Counted from the first letter of the stretch, positions 1-14,771 are shown. The stretch: 64,000 nucleotides of DNA from the human T2T-CHM13v2.0 reference genome, Homo sapiens (GCF_009914755.1 NC_060931.1), one strand, 5' to 3'. Numbers and translations: made by a program. The notes: generated by a model not told the origin, from the sequence alone.

Positions 1-1570
1 CTGGCCCCGGGCTAGGTGACCCCTCTCAGCTCAACAGTTCCATGTGATGCTGAGAGATGTGCGTGCATTCTCCTGGTGCAGCCATCTCAGCAGGGGTCCT
101 GGGGTCCCCTGGCAGGACGCGCGGGCCGGGTGTTGACAATGGGGTGTCATAGGTCAAGCCTCACAGCCTGCGTTTACGGTGCTTGGTTAAATGGTCCCCA
201 AAATCACGTTTCTGTGTTCAAAGTGTGGGGAAATAGGATTGGGGTAGAAGGTGACATCTGAGGCCTGCGCCGCCTCTTGGGTTTGCTGAATTCCAGAAAC
301 GATGGAGCCCTGTGGGCGCCGTGCTGTGGCTTTAGGATTTTGTGAGGCTTGCCCTCCCCTCTGGGGACACACAGGCTCCAGGCTGCGAGTTGCCCAGGTC
401 TTGGTGTTCATTGGAGATGAATTTCTGCACTTGTGTGGGAGTCTTCCTTAGGCCAGCATCACCGTCGTGGTCTCCAAGGACCAGAGCCTGGCCTGAGGGG
501 ACAGCCTGAGAGCAGGTTCCTTCCTGACCTCGGAGCCCGTTCTCTCTGTTGTGGTTGAGCCACATTTGAGCTCCTGGGGGCAGGCCCTGGGCCTGGCACT
601 CAGCACTGGAAGTGGTGTATAGGCCAGTTTAATTGGAGAAGCTCCTGAATGTCTGTCGGTCTGTCAGTCCGTTGGGTTTCAGACGCATTTCAATGGCTGA
701 GTGCTCCTCAGTGCTTGCGGGGAAGCGAGGAGGACGGGGCCGCCCCTGGCGTAAACTCTCTGCTGTGCCACGGGAGGGGTCTGCCTTGCTTTACATCTGC
801 GCAGGGCTCGGGGCCCGAAGTGCTGGGTGCGACAGTCGTTTTAGGCACATTTTAGAGTTTGCAGAGGGACGAGGAATCCTACCACCTGCGGCCTCGCACA
901 CTTGCTCCTGGAGCTCTGACGCAGCTGCCTCCCTCACATCCACGCAGCGATTGCCACTCAAACTTTGAGAATCACAGTGGAGATCATTCTGTGAATATTG
1001 TTTTCTTGTTTTTATTCCTCAGCGTTCAAAACATTTTTTCCATATTTCTTTTTTTTAATGCATGGCCTTCCAATGACTTTTTCTGTATTTCAAAGATTAA
1101 TAAAAGCACAACTTTTCAGAGCGTTGAGAAGCCGGCCCGTCTTGGGTGTGTGTGTTGTGCGGGGCCAGAGCTGGAGCTGCACTGGAGTGGCCGGGATGGC
1201 CCTGCCTTGGGCGGGGCTGTGGCTCCCGTGGGCGCCGCCGCTGCTGCCACAGATTTATTCCAGCACGAGGCGGAGAGGGGATGTCTTCCGTGTATGGACT
1301 CAGGAGGAAATCGCCAACTGGACCCAGAACCTTTCTTCCCCAGGGTGGCTCAGCTGGCTGGTTTTGACAGCGAACTTGTCAGCCCTGACCGTGATTTCAG
1401 TGGGGCACACTCACTCTCGGAAGAGGCGTGTTGACTGTGCCAAAGCTGGTGGGGCGGGGAGCCGCTTCTTCCAGGAGAGAGAGAGGGGTGATTTTCAGAT
1501 GACTCACTTTTTTCCCACTCTTGGAGGATTAAGTTCTGGCCCCAGTGGCGCCACTGAAGAAAGGAGATAA

Positions 1571-2220
<650 letters not shown>

Positions 2221-3054
2221 TTCGTAGCTTTCAGCGTAGAGCTTGAGGCCTGTGGCTTAGGCCGGGTGGTCTCGTGCTGGTGGGGTCTGCGTTTGCCCCT
2301 GCCCCTCCGTCAGCTTCACCTTCTCGTGCCTTCTTCTGCGCTGGGTGCAGAACAAAAGACCCCCTCAAGTCAAGCCTCCTTGTGAAGCGTAGTCTGCCCG
2401 CCCACCCCCCGTGGGGTTCTTGGCCGCCCTGCCCTCCTCCCACCTGTTAGGGAGCCGGATAGTCTCTGAAGTGAGTGCCCCGGAGAAGTTCTGGGTCACC
2501 CTGAGGACGTGCTGTGCATGTAGGCTTGGCCCTGACTGCGTCCTAAAGCCCAGGGTCCATGTAGTGTGAATCGTGCGTCAGTTGGAAGTATTTGTGCCTC
2601 TTCTGGTTCTTATCACCGCACGCGGTGAGGTGACCCCAGCCGCTCATGTCGTGCAGGAAGACATGGATGGTTGATCCCTGGGTTTGGGGGACCGAAGCGG
2701 ATGTCGTGAGGTTACTTCTGTGGACTTGGGCCGAACAGCACTGTCTAAGCAGGACATGAAAAGAAGGGGGAAGCGTCTCTCCTTTTCCCTTCATGGAACT
2801 TTCCATTGAAAAATTAGCCCCTTCCAGTCCTTCTCGGATGAAGCACAGTTGCCGGTTACGCTTCCGAGGAGGACGGAAGGTGCACCCCCAGCCGTGAGAG
2901 CCTCAGGATGTGCCGCCTGTGGGTGGGCACGGCAGCCCCTCCAGCCGGCCGCCCACCTGCCGTGCTGCGCTCACCTTTGCTGTGTGAGTCTGTGCTGTGT
3001 CACTGAGTGACAGACAGAGGCAGTTGCAGGCTGCATGCACCCAGAAAGAACTCC

Positions 3055-3430
3055 CCCTGCACTAAGCGGGCATGGGGGAGGCTCCCCAGGGTCCCTGCAC
3101 TGAGCGGGGTGGGGGAGGCTCCCCACGGTTCCCTGCACTGAGCGGGGTGGGGGAGGCTCCCCAGGATCCCTGCACTGAGCGGGGTGGGGGAGACTCCCCA
3201 CGGTTCCCTGCACTGAGCGGGCGTGGGGAAGGTTCCCAGGATCCCTGCACTGAGCGGGGTGGGGGAGACTCCCCACGGTTCCCTGCACTGAGCGGGCGTG
3301 GGGAAGGTTCCCAGGATCCCTGCACTGAGCGGGCGTGGGGAAGGTTCCCAGGATCCCTGCACTGAGCGGGCGTAGGGGAGGCTCCCCAGGATCCCTGCAC
3401 TGAGCGGGCGTTGGGGAGGCTCCCCAGGGT
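3055..3430. repeat. 37-38 bp VNTR, ~10 copies (ccctgcactgagcggggtgggggaggctccccaggat)
   Basis: Unit starts at 3055, 3093, 3131, 3168 and onward. Confidence 0.95.
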
Positions 3431-5665
3431 CTGTTGTGCGCTCCTGGTACTGGAGGGTCTGATGGCCGTAGGGAGGGTGCACTGTTTGTCGATGGGTCTT
3501 TGCAAGGTGCAGGATAGAGCAGGGTTGTAGCTGTAGTGTCCCTGAACCACTGGGGTTAGGAGGCCACCGGAAGCCTGGCCTGCTAGGGGCCTTGTGATTT
3601 CGCAGGCCCCGAGAACGTGGTGTGCAGGTGCGGGCCGCCTGGGGGAGCCATGTTTAAAGTGCGGTGAGGCTCCTGGAACGGCACCCACCGCAGGCCCGAG
3701 GCCACAACCTGTATGTCAGAACTGGGCGGGTCTTCTCCTCCCAGGCCTTCAGCGCCTGTGGCTATGGCTGTGGGCGGGACTGATACGGGCAGGCAGGCGC
3801 TGTTCTCCCCACGTATTCTCGGCTTCCCTGCCATACACCGTTTCTGAGTGGGGAGAACTGGTTGACTGCTGAATCCCAACACAAATCCTTAGAGCAAAGA
3901 GGCCAGTGATGGCTTTTGTTTCTGCCCGGATCCTCTTTGTGGATCTTCCGTTTTGCGGCTTTTCCTCTCATTTGTTTCCTTTTTTTAATCGCTTCATGAG
4001 ATCTTGAAGATACCAAAGTAACCATCAAAGATTTAAAGACGTGATTTTTATACAAATATATAACGAACACGTCAGAGACTTTTACTTAAGTTCTTACTGA
4101 GAGATGACAAAGCTGACTCAAAGGATGAGTCAAGAAACCGCTGCAGAGTTGGAGACAGAACTGGAGTGAAATTGCAAAGCAGGGTGGTTTTGGTCTCTGC
4201 AGAGGCCATTTGCGACTCACTCACCAACTCCGGTGTCAGGGTGCTGGTGGGTGACAGGGAAGAGGTTGAGCAAGCCTCCGCCCCTGCAGGCTCGCTCATT
4301 ATACAATGAGCACCTGCACCACCAAATCCGAACAACTGTACATGCTTACAGAGAAGGGCACGTGCTAGTGTGGGAGTGACAAAGTCACACGGGTGCAGAC
4401 CCCTTAGCTCCAGCCTGCTGGGTGTTCTGACGAGTGGACTTTGTAGCGATAACACAGGCTCCTGAGTCAGGATACTGGTTTGCTGCATTTCTGCGTCACT
4501 GAAGGTCTCGCTTTCCCCGAAGCCCCTTGTCACAGAAAACCCATGACTCTTGGCCAGGCCTCTGGGTGCCTGGAAGATCCCACTATCATCTTTTTGTGGG
4601 ATTTGCATGTCCTGGTCAAGGTTCCTGTAAAAGGAATACAGTGAGGAGACCGGCCACCCGACAGTATTGATGGCCCCCACTTTGGCCTCCAGCCGTCTGA
4701 CCCGTCCCTGAATCGAGCAGGTCCTGTCGGAGCTCCCAGGAGTGAGCGAGCTTCCACTCACAGGGTCACAGCCAGGTGTGCAGCCCCCAGGCCTGGGCGG
4801 TTCTAGGGCATGATTTTTTTTAGGCTGGAAATGAGCTCTCACTTGAGATGCACCCCTCAAAATACTGAACATACTGCTTCTGTGAGAATTTCCCCTCCTT
4901 GTGTCTGGTGTGATTGACAACGGGTGCAGCCAGTGGAAGCAGGAATGTCGGGGAGCGCGGGGTGCAGGGGGTGCCCTGTCACAGTCAGCGGGGAGCGCCT
5001 GTCCCTGCTGCGTGGTGTGGGGTTCCCGTGGCTGGCATTTGCTGCTGTGTGGAGTCCTCAAACCCAGCGCTCGCCCTGCCTGCGTTCAGAGGACAGAGGC
5101 ACCACCGGGAACCCACCGGATCCTCACTCAGGCTTTGGAAAGGCCGAGTGATGTTTTGTGTTTGTGAATTCCACACATACTGTAGGAGTATCAAGAACAC
5201 GTAACTGTTAAAAAAGGAAAAGTAAAATTACTGAACAGGAAAGAAAGAATAAAGCAGGTCCTTTGTTTTTTTGGCTGAGGAAAGCAGCCTGCCCTGGAAC
5301 GCTGTAGAATGTCTCCCTTTTTGTGAAGCACAGCATGGAGCTCTCGGAACTGAAGATGGGAATCTAACCCTGCCCTCAGCTTTCAACAGCTCGAAGTTTG
5401 TCTTTTTAATGAAACTAATTTGTGTATTTATACTTAAGGGTTTTCAAGTCCTTAAACTTGATAAGAAAACTTAAGTCGTTTTCTATCAGGACAAGTTTTT
5501 AAGTAGTCACTGGTGGGAGAGCGTGCCTCTGTGGACTGTGCCCAAGGCTGGCGGTCCCACGAAGTCCCAGAGCCCGCGAGCCGGTGCCCAAGGCCATGTC
5601 TGTGATTTGCAGGAGGTTCAGGTGACAGGAAGGCCTGCTCTGTTTTTCTCACTTCAATTTTGGAC

Positions 5666-5967
5666 TTTTTTTTTTTTTTTTTTTTTTTTGAGACAGTCTC
5701 GCTCTGTCGCCCAGGCTGGAGTGCAGTGGCGTGATCTCGGCTCACTGCAACCTCTGCCTCAAGGGTTCCAGCGATTTTCCTGCCTCACCTCCCCAGTGGC
5801 CGGAACTACAGGTGCTTGCCACCACTTCTGGCTCATTTTTGTATTTTTAGTAGAGATGTGGTTTCTCCATGTTGGACTGGCTGCTCTCGAACTCCTGACC
5901 TCAGGTGATCCCCCCGCTTCAGCCTCCCAAAGTGCTGGGATTACAGGCGGGAGCCACCGCGCCCGGC
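5666..5967 (-). mobile_element. Alu (AluS-like)
   Basis: Poly-T followed by the reverse-complement Alu dimer. Confidence 0.95.
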
Positions 5968-7523
5968 AATAGTGGAGGCTTGAAGAACACCGGAAAGTGG
6001 TTTCCTTGTACCGGACCCGCCCCTCCCCCACCATCCCGGCAGCCCCAGGGCGGGTGAGGGCGACTGCAGTGTGGTCACCTCAGGCTTTCCGTCCCTAGCT
6101 CATAAAGGCCCAGTGGCAGCAGTTGCTTTAAAGGAGCTCCGTTACTCCCTTTGTTCTGGGGTCTTGGTAAAGTTTGCTTTGCTGAAGCGGAGGAACCGCA
6201 GGCGGTGCTGACCCCCCCACCCCGCCCCCATCCCACGGGGTCCCTTGGGTCCCGGGGCACGAGGCTCCTCTGAGGGACACGGCCTCCAAGAGCTGGCTCT
6301 GCCCTGGCCGCCCTCCACAGTCACGGCGGCTCCCCGCATGCTCCTCGGGACGGAGATCTCCTGGCTTCCTCCCGCTTCCTTTCCTCTGCGTTTTCCGCAG
6401 AGCCGCCTCCCTGCTTTGGAAGCAGGTACTCAGCGGCCTCTGCAGCCGCCAACGGCACACAGGCCTCTCTCTGTTCGTTCTTTCTTTCCGTAACCGTAGC
6501 TTGAGGCACATTTCCTAAATATGCAGCATGGAACGCTTGGCGGTTCACAGAACGCGCATCTCGTGCTGCTCCTGTAGGGCGGTTAGGACGCGCTCCTCTG
6601 GCGAGGAAGGTGGCAGCCTCCACTGTGCACGGGTCACAGGCGAGTGTGGTGTGGTGTGGTTGTGGGTGGGGTGTGGACTGGATCTGCAGGCTTGTCCCTC
6701 TCTCGTGGAGAGCTGTCGGGGTCCAGGCAGTGCTCAGTGGTGAGAGCCACAGCACATTTGAAAGTCCACATGTGTTTGCCCCACTGTGGTCCAGGACATG
6801 TGTGAGCCACACTCAGTGGACTTGCACCTGTGACATGTTGGTCAGCGTGGCGGCCGTCAGCTGGGTGTGGAATGCATCTGATTGGAGCCTGGCACCCGGC
6901 CTACCATGATTGTGATTCTCTGGGGCGAGTCCTGAGTGTGGGCAGGGCCTCAGGCCCCCAAGAGGGCTGTGAGCAGGCACCTTCCTGTGAGGCACGATGC
7001 CACCATGTGAAGTTGTGTGGGTCTTTGGAGAGTTCTGGCAGGTTGAGGGCCTGTGCGTGTGGGACCCAGGCCTGCCCTGCCTGCTGCCGGCCATGTTCCC
7101 TCTGCCCAGTCATGTTGACAATTGTGGCCAAATTCAACATCGGGCCTGTTTCCTGCACCCACGTTGGCACACACTGAGTTCAAGACAGTTTCTGCAGAAA
7201 TGAATCCAGAGGTGTTTATTTCTGGCACGTTGGATCAGACGTTCAGAGGGTGGGCGTCTTTCTCCATGCACTTCAGCTGGATCAGTCAGTGTCAGCCATT
7301 GACTTTAGCAACAGGGAAATGAAAGACTTTCCTCAATAAGAAATGGGACTTTCTCACGCTGGATGGCACAGAGCTGGCAAACATGAGGCCAGTCCACACC
7401 AAGGCTTTGCCTGCAGAAAGGCTGCACTGTGGCCAGCGGGGGAAGCGGAGGAGACACCTGTGGACACCCTCCCCACAGGTGGGCACACCTTTGCGCAGGC
7501 CCAGTGTGCGTTCTGAAGGAGAG

Positions 7524-7736
7524 CCCAGGGTGGGGTTCCGGGACTGAGGTGCAGCCGTGTCCAGGGTGGGCTTCTAGCTCTGCCGCTGGGCGGAACTGGG
7601 GTAGGTCCCAGGGTGGGGTTCCAGGACTGAGGTGCAGCCGTGCCCAGGGTGGGCTTCTAGCTCTGCCGCTGGGCAGAACTGGGGTAGTCCCAGGGTGGGC
7701 TTTTAGCTCTGCCGCTGGGCGGAACTCGGGTAGGTG
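7524..7736. repeat. 83 bp tandem duplication plus a partial third copy, G-run rich
   Basis: cccagggtggggttcc at 7524 and 7607; sub-unit repeated again at ~7689. Confidence 0.85.
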
Positions 7737-7876
7737 GGAGTCCTCACTTCTCTGCAGGGTGGTGAAGCTCTCTGGGTAGTGTGAGCAGTTCTCAACGTGC
7801 ACCTTGGAAAGCGCCCGTTTTGAGGTTTAGCTGTGGCCAAGATAGATGACTTCATTTTGTTGCTTTTTGTTTTTAA

Positions 7877-8047
<171 letters not shown>

Positions 8048-9390
8048 ACCGGACTTGAGGCACGCGGTGCACCCCCAGACGCTGGCGCTCCACCGTGCTC
8101 GGCATGCGGTCGTGCACACGCGCTAGGTAGCAGCGTCGGTCAGGACTGTCTCGAGGCCACACTCGCTCGGCAGGATTATGCGATCACGGATCAGTCAGAG
8201 CAGGGTCAGGAGACGGGGCTGACGGCACGGGTGGCGGGGACAGACGTTTGGGACTTGGCCGCGACTCTCTGCTTCTCTCCAGCTCTCAATCTGCTGCATT
8301 TTCCTCTAGTGCTTCCGGATCCTCTTCATTCTTTTCGGCTACTCAACCACTCCGCATGCTGCTGGAATATTTCTGGCTTTAGAAGTACAGGAGGGCGCAG
8401 ATGGCTAACTGAGTAACATTCATGAAATGAGGCTTTCTGTGGCGGCGTAGTGTTTGGAATTAGAAGGTAATTCAGTAGAGTGTAACTTAGAGAATATTGC
8501 AAGTGACACATTGAATCCTGCCCGTCAGGGCACCTTTTCCTCAGAGCAATCCGGCCACACGAATAGAAGGCTGTCGTGAATCACATCAGATGTAAAATCA
8601 TTCCTTCTGTTTACTCTTTTAATTTTCATCCTTTGCAGGTAGTGCAAATTCAACTTCAAATATGGTGTAGGTTTTGCTAGATTCCATATTTTTTTCTTGG
8701 ATTTTTGCTAATTATTTTTAGCAAAAAATTTTTGCTCAGTGGCACCCTCCCTAGTGTCCATGGGTTAGGGCCATGCTGGGGAAAACGGGCCGGTATTTAC
8801 ACACGTGCAAAACACCCAGAGACGGCACAAGGAGGTTGAACTCATGTTTCAGTTCGCGAACATTGACTCCTTACGAAAGTCACTTCATTCTAACTAGATG
8901 CGCCCACTTCCGGTCATTATTTCGTTTGCATGATGTATTGCTTCTTCACGTTTTGTTTTTATTGAGCACGGAGTAGAATTCCAGGGCTGCCTTGACTTCT
9001 TCCCTGCATGCTCCCTCCCAGTGACTTTCCTTCCCTTTCACATGAGGATCTGCCGTTCATGTTGCTTTCTCCTTTGTCCTCTTGGACTTGAGGGCATTGT
9101 GAAAAGCTTTGCTGTGATTTAAAAATGCCAGCAATTTTAATCTAGCAGTGTTGAAGCTGGGAATTTTTTGGCGCAATCCATGTAGCAGTGACCCAGGCTT
9201 GGGAGCCAGAAACAAGTGTGACCTGGGATTTTATTTAACACAACTGTTGCCAAAGAGTTGGCTTTGTTTATTTGGTTTTGGCGGGGAGAGGAGTGGTATT
9301 TGATGCTTTCTGTGGACAATGTAACCCTAAACACATCATGTATTTTAAATGCCACCTACATAAATAAAACATAAGCATATTGAATACAGC
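8048..9390 (+). other. DNAJB6: DNAJB6 isoform a 3'UTR (end approximate)
   Basis: Repeat-free, increasingly U-rich sequence from the stop codon to just past AATAAA at 9363-9368. Confidence 0.85.
9363..9368 (+). terminator. Polyadenylation signal AATAAA (second hexamer at 9445-9450)
   Basis: Canonical hexamer with upstream TGTA motifs and downstream GT/T-rich sequence. Confidence 0.8.
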
Positions 9391-9442
9391 TCGCCTGCTG
9401 TCCTTTGTAAGCGCCAGTAAGTTGCACCGTTAAGACTGACTA

Positions 9443-10155
<713 letters not shown>

Positions 10156-10867
10156 GTAACACCCCAACGCACAGATGAGGTGGAAACTCCCGCAGCCTTC
10201 ACAGGAGGCATTGAGGGTCCCGAGAGGAAAACCTCGTCGACTCACCCTGGCTCTGCTGGCGACCAAGACTGGGCCAGACACGCGCTCAGTGCTGACATCC
10301 TGGCGTCCGGCCTTCCTGGTGACAGGGGAAGGCGGTGCAGTAAGTCGCCTTGCGGGCCGGGGTCGGGGGTGTTTTTAAAACAAGATTAGTCCTTCTCAAC
10401 TGCTCAGATCCCAGAATCTGCTGCTGAGATTGTGGCGAGGGAGGCAGGTGGTTCGACAGGTTTAGAGGTGACTGTTGTGCCCTCAACCCTGCCCACTTGA
10501 CCCTCAGGCCGTCCCAGGAGCGTGGCCGGGCTGCCTCAGCAGGGGCACAGCTAGGGAGCGTGGACAGAGCCGCGAGCGCCTTCCAGACAAGCCAGGCCAC
10601 ACACAAGACAGGCTCTTGGCAAAGGGGCCAGAGCCCCGTCTTCACACGGCCTGGCTACCGAGTCAGCTCATGTCACAGGTGGGTCCTCCCGTCGCTGAGA
10701 GGGAGAGACCCCGACCCCAGGAGGAGAAGGGAGCTGGTGTCCATGGGGCCCGGCAGGTGCATGGCCAGCAGGTAGGCATCTGCTTCTCAGGTGAGGAGGG
10801 GTATTGGGGTCTACCCGACCCCTGCGCCCAGCGCCCCATCCCCCTAGGGCGGGTCCAGGAGCTCTGT

Positions 10868-11025
10868 GCTGCAGATAGAGCCCGCGGCTGCTTATGCCAG
10901 CGTCTGCTGAGGGGGTGGATGCTGCAGATAGAGCCCGCGGCTGCTTATGCCAGCGTCTGCTGAGGGGGTGGATGCTGCAGATAGAGCCCGCGGCTGCTTA
11001 TGCCAGCGTCTGCTGAGGGGGTGGA
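10868..11025. repeat. 53 bp tandem repeat, 3 copies
   Basis: gctgcagatagagcccgcggctgcttatgccagcgtctgctgagggggtggat at 10868, 10921, 10974. Confidence 0.95.
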
Positions 11026-11711
11026 GAGGGAGCCCGGCCCCTGGGTGTGCTCGGCAGCTGCTGAGATGATGGCAAGGGGGAGCGCGGCACCTGTCGTCGT
11101 CACCTTTGTGACGTCCCAAGCACTGGGGGGCCCTGTGGGGGGTGGGGAAGGCAGTGAGGTGCTGGTGGGTGGGAGGCAGGGGGGCTGTGGACGGTGTGGC
11201 AGGGACTGCAGTTGTGGGACTGGGGTGGGGAGTCCTGGGGGTGTCAGGACCACAGTGGGGCTTCCTGGCCACCCCACTGCCAATCCCAGGGCCACCCTGT
11301 ACGCCATTCACTTTTGTCAGGGGCATAAAGGGCTGCAGAACCCACTTTCTGTCAGTAAATACATTTAAACATCCTGAAACGTTCACACCCTAACCCTAAC
11401 CTGGGGGTCCCACGTGCCTTCCCTCATGTGGGTTGCACAGCTGGAGACAGAACCAGGACGTGGCGCCGTCACCAGGGAGAGCTCTCTGCTCTTTTGTTCA
11501 TAGGCCTGGAAAAGTGGGACCATGACGTGAATAACCACACCTGTGTTTAACACATTTTGTTTTGTTTTTGTTTGTTTGTTTTTTTGCAATGGAGTCTCAC
11601 TCCGTCACCTAGGCGGGAGAGCCGTGGCACCGTTATCACACCTCAGAAAATTAGTAATTCCCCCATGCCAGCTACTTCTCAGTCCATTTTCAGAAACTAT
11701 TTACTTTTATT

Positions 11712-12000
11712 CTTTTCTTTTTTGAGGCAGTCTCACTTTGGCACCCAGGCTGGAGTGCAGTGGTTCAATCATAGCACACTGTACCTTGATCTCCTGGGCT
11801 CAAGCGATCCTCCCACCTCAGCCTCCCAACATGCTGGGGCTACAGCTGTACCACCATGCCTGGCTAATTTTTAAATTTTTTATAGAGACAGGATTTCACC
11901 ATATCATCCAGGCTGGTCTTAAACTCCTGGGCTCAAGCAATCTGCCTGCCTCAGCCTCCCAAAGTATTGAGATTACAGGCGTGAGCCACTGTGCCTGGCC
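11712..12000 (-). mobile_element. Alu (AluJ-like)
   Basis: Diverged reverse-complement Alu with ctcctgggctcaagcgatcc. Confidence 0.9.
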
Positions 12001-12294
12001 CGTAATTTTTTTGTTTGTTTTTTTTTTTTTTTGCAGGAGACTGGAGTTTTATTGTTACTCAAATCAGTCTCCCCGGGCTGTGATGTTTTTAAACTAGACT
12101 TCAGTCAAGACTACACATTGCATTTAGTCGTCACGTGTATTAGGTCTCTGTACGCTTTTACCTTTTATTATGAAAAATCTTAATGTCCAAATTGTGTGCT
12201 TGGAACAGGTAACTGTAGAAATGAATCCCTCTCCCCGGCCCAGAGGTGCACAGCGCCCGCCCCTCTTGTGTATCTGCACCCCCTCCCCATCATG

Positions 12295-12613
<319 letters not shown>

Positions 12614-13147
12614 TAAGTCCTGGGCTATGCATGACTTCATCTGTCAGTATCTGACCTGCCTTTCCTCCAAATTTCTTAGCTGGAATTCTGTAAAGATGGA
12701 TTTTCCCTTATCCACTGCTTGGGTCCCAGAGGTACAGTTTCTGCTTCAAAAGGCCCCGCACATTCTTGTTTTTCCCGAGTCCCAGTGTCTAGAGCCACTG
12801 GCTGGCTCCCTGGCTCCTCCGAGGACCCCGAGGTGACCAGCGGCTCTGTTAGTTCCATCGTGAGCCCACAAGCTGTGATCGCACTTGTGGTGTTTCACGG
12901 TCGAGGCCATTGCCCTTGGAAGCTCGGATGGCCGCATCCTGGGGCGACAGACTCCTCGGTGCCTGCAGTTCGTGCTGGCCTCAGGGCCTCGGCTGCTCTG
13001 GGTCCTGCCTGGAGACCCCGAGGCTGCCTCTGTGGACGGAGGGAGAGTATTTTTTAAAGAGAAAATTCATATTAGGATATATAATATAAAGAATTTATAT
13101 TAATATTTCCAGTTCAAATTTAGGATTACAGGGTTTTCACTATTTAG

Positions 13148-13485
<338 letters not shown>

Positions 13486-13609
13486 AGATTTTTAGTTCTT
13501 AATACATAACATAGTTACTTATTTGACATATAGAAAATTTGATATATAGAAAATATAATAATTTAAAAATTTAAAAAAATTTTTAAAATTCAGAGAGAGC
13601 TCTTCGATC

Positions 13610-13924
13610 CTTTTTCTCTTTCTTTCTTTTTTTTTTTTTTTTTTTGAGACGGAGTCTCGCTCTGTCGCCCAGGCTAAAGTGCAGTGGTGCGATCTCGGCT
13701 CACTGCAACCTCCGCCTCCCAGTTCAAGCGATTCTCCTGCCTCAGCCTCCCGAGTAGCTGGGATTACAGGCATGCACCACCACGCCCAGCTAATTTTTGT
13801 ATTTTTAGTAGAGACGGAGTTTTGCCACGTTGGCCAGGCTGGTCTCGAACTCCTGACCTCAGGTGATCCACCCGCCTCGGCCTCCCAGTGCTGGGATGAC
13901 AGGGGTGAGTCCCTGCGCCCGGCC
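13610..13924 (-). mobile_element. Alu (AluS-like)
   Basis: Poly-T plus reverse Alu dimer. Confidence 0.95.
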
Positions 13925-14771
13925 CCATGGTTGTTCTCAGGCTGTGACACTGGGATGCATAAATCTTGAGATAATCCCTCTTGGTGTGGCTAAGCCAACA
14001 ACTCCGTAGACCCTTAGCTTCATTTATTTTCTTTTACTTTCAACGTCTAGGATTTAAGAAATGTTTGCTGTAAATATGTGCATGGTTCCAAAGCAGAATT
14101 CACAAACAAGGCGCCCTCAGGGGAGTCCGGCTTCCGCACCTGCCCCAATGGGCTTTCATTTCCATTTGTTTTTATTTCCTTCCATTTCAATACATTAAAC
14201 ATAAACAAAAGTTACTTTTATTTATAACTTAATTACATAATATTTAAATAAACATGAGGCGATCCTTCACTCCCGCCTTTGCTTTTCCTTCCTGGGCGTC
14301 TGGAGGGCCGTGCGCCTCACTGGCAGACCTGCCGCATTCCGGACCTGCCCCTGCCCCCGCCCCGAGTTGCTCACCTGGATCCTCTGCCCCCTGTGCAGGT
14401 CCTGGGGGCCGTAGGACCTGCAGTCACACATCTGGGCCCAGCACAACCCGTGCGTGGGGCAGGAGACGCGGGCACCTCCTCCTGTGTGGCGGAGCCCCGT
14501 GCGCACCTGGCGGTCCTGCTGGAGACGCTGAGTGCAGTCACCGTAGGGGTGCTGGGGCCATGCTCCTCCAGGGTGTGGAGGGTCTCTCACCTCTGTGCTG
14601 GCCCTTCCACTCTCAGAGACTGGTAGCTCGTTCATCTCCCGCTGCCTTGCTATGCAGCGGCATCTGGGGTCTGGACTACCATTCGTGAGTGGCTGCAGAA
14701 CGCCGGCCTCCTCATCCTGTTACTCATCCTGCCTTTATCAGCTTGATGTCTTCCGAAAAGAAGCCTTCCCG

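Noticed and set aside
1253-1343. Possible cassette exon (cacag|ATTTATT...CCAGG|gtggct)
   Set aside because: Poor pyrimidine tract, weak donor, and no peptide I recognise in any frame.
11388-11401. CCCTAACCCTAACC telomere-like repeat
   Set aside because: Only about two units; expected by chance.
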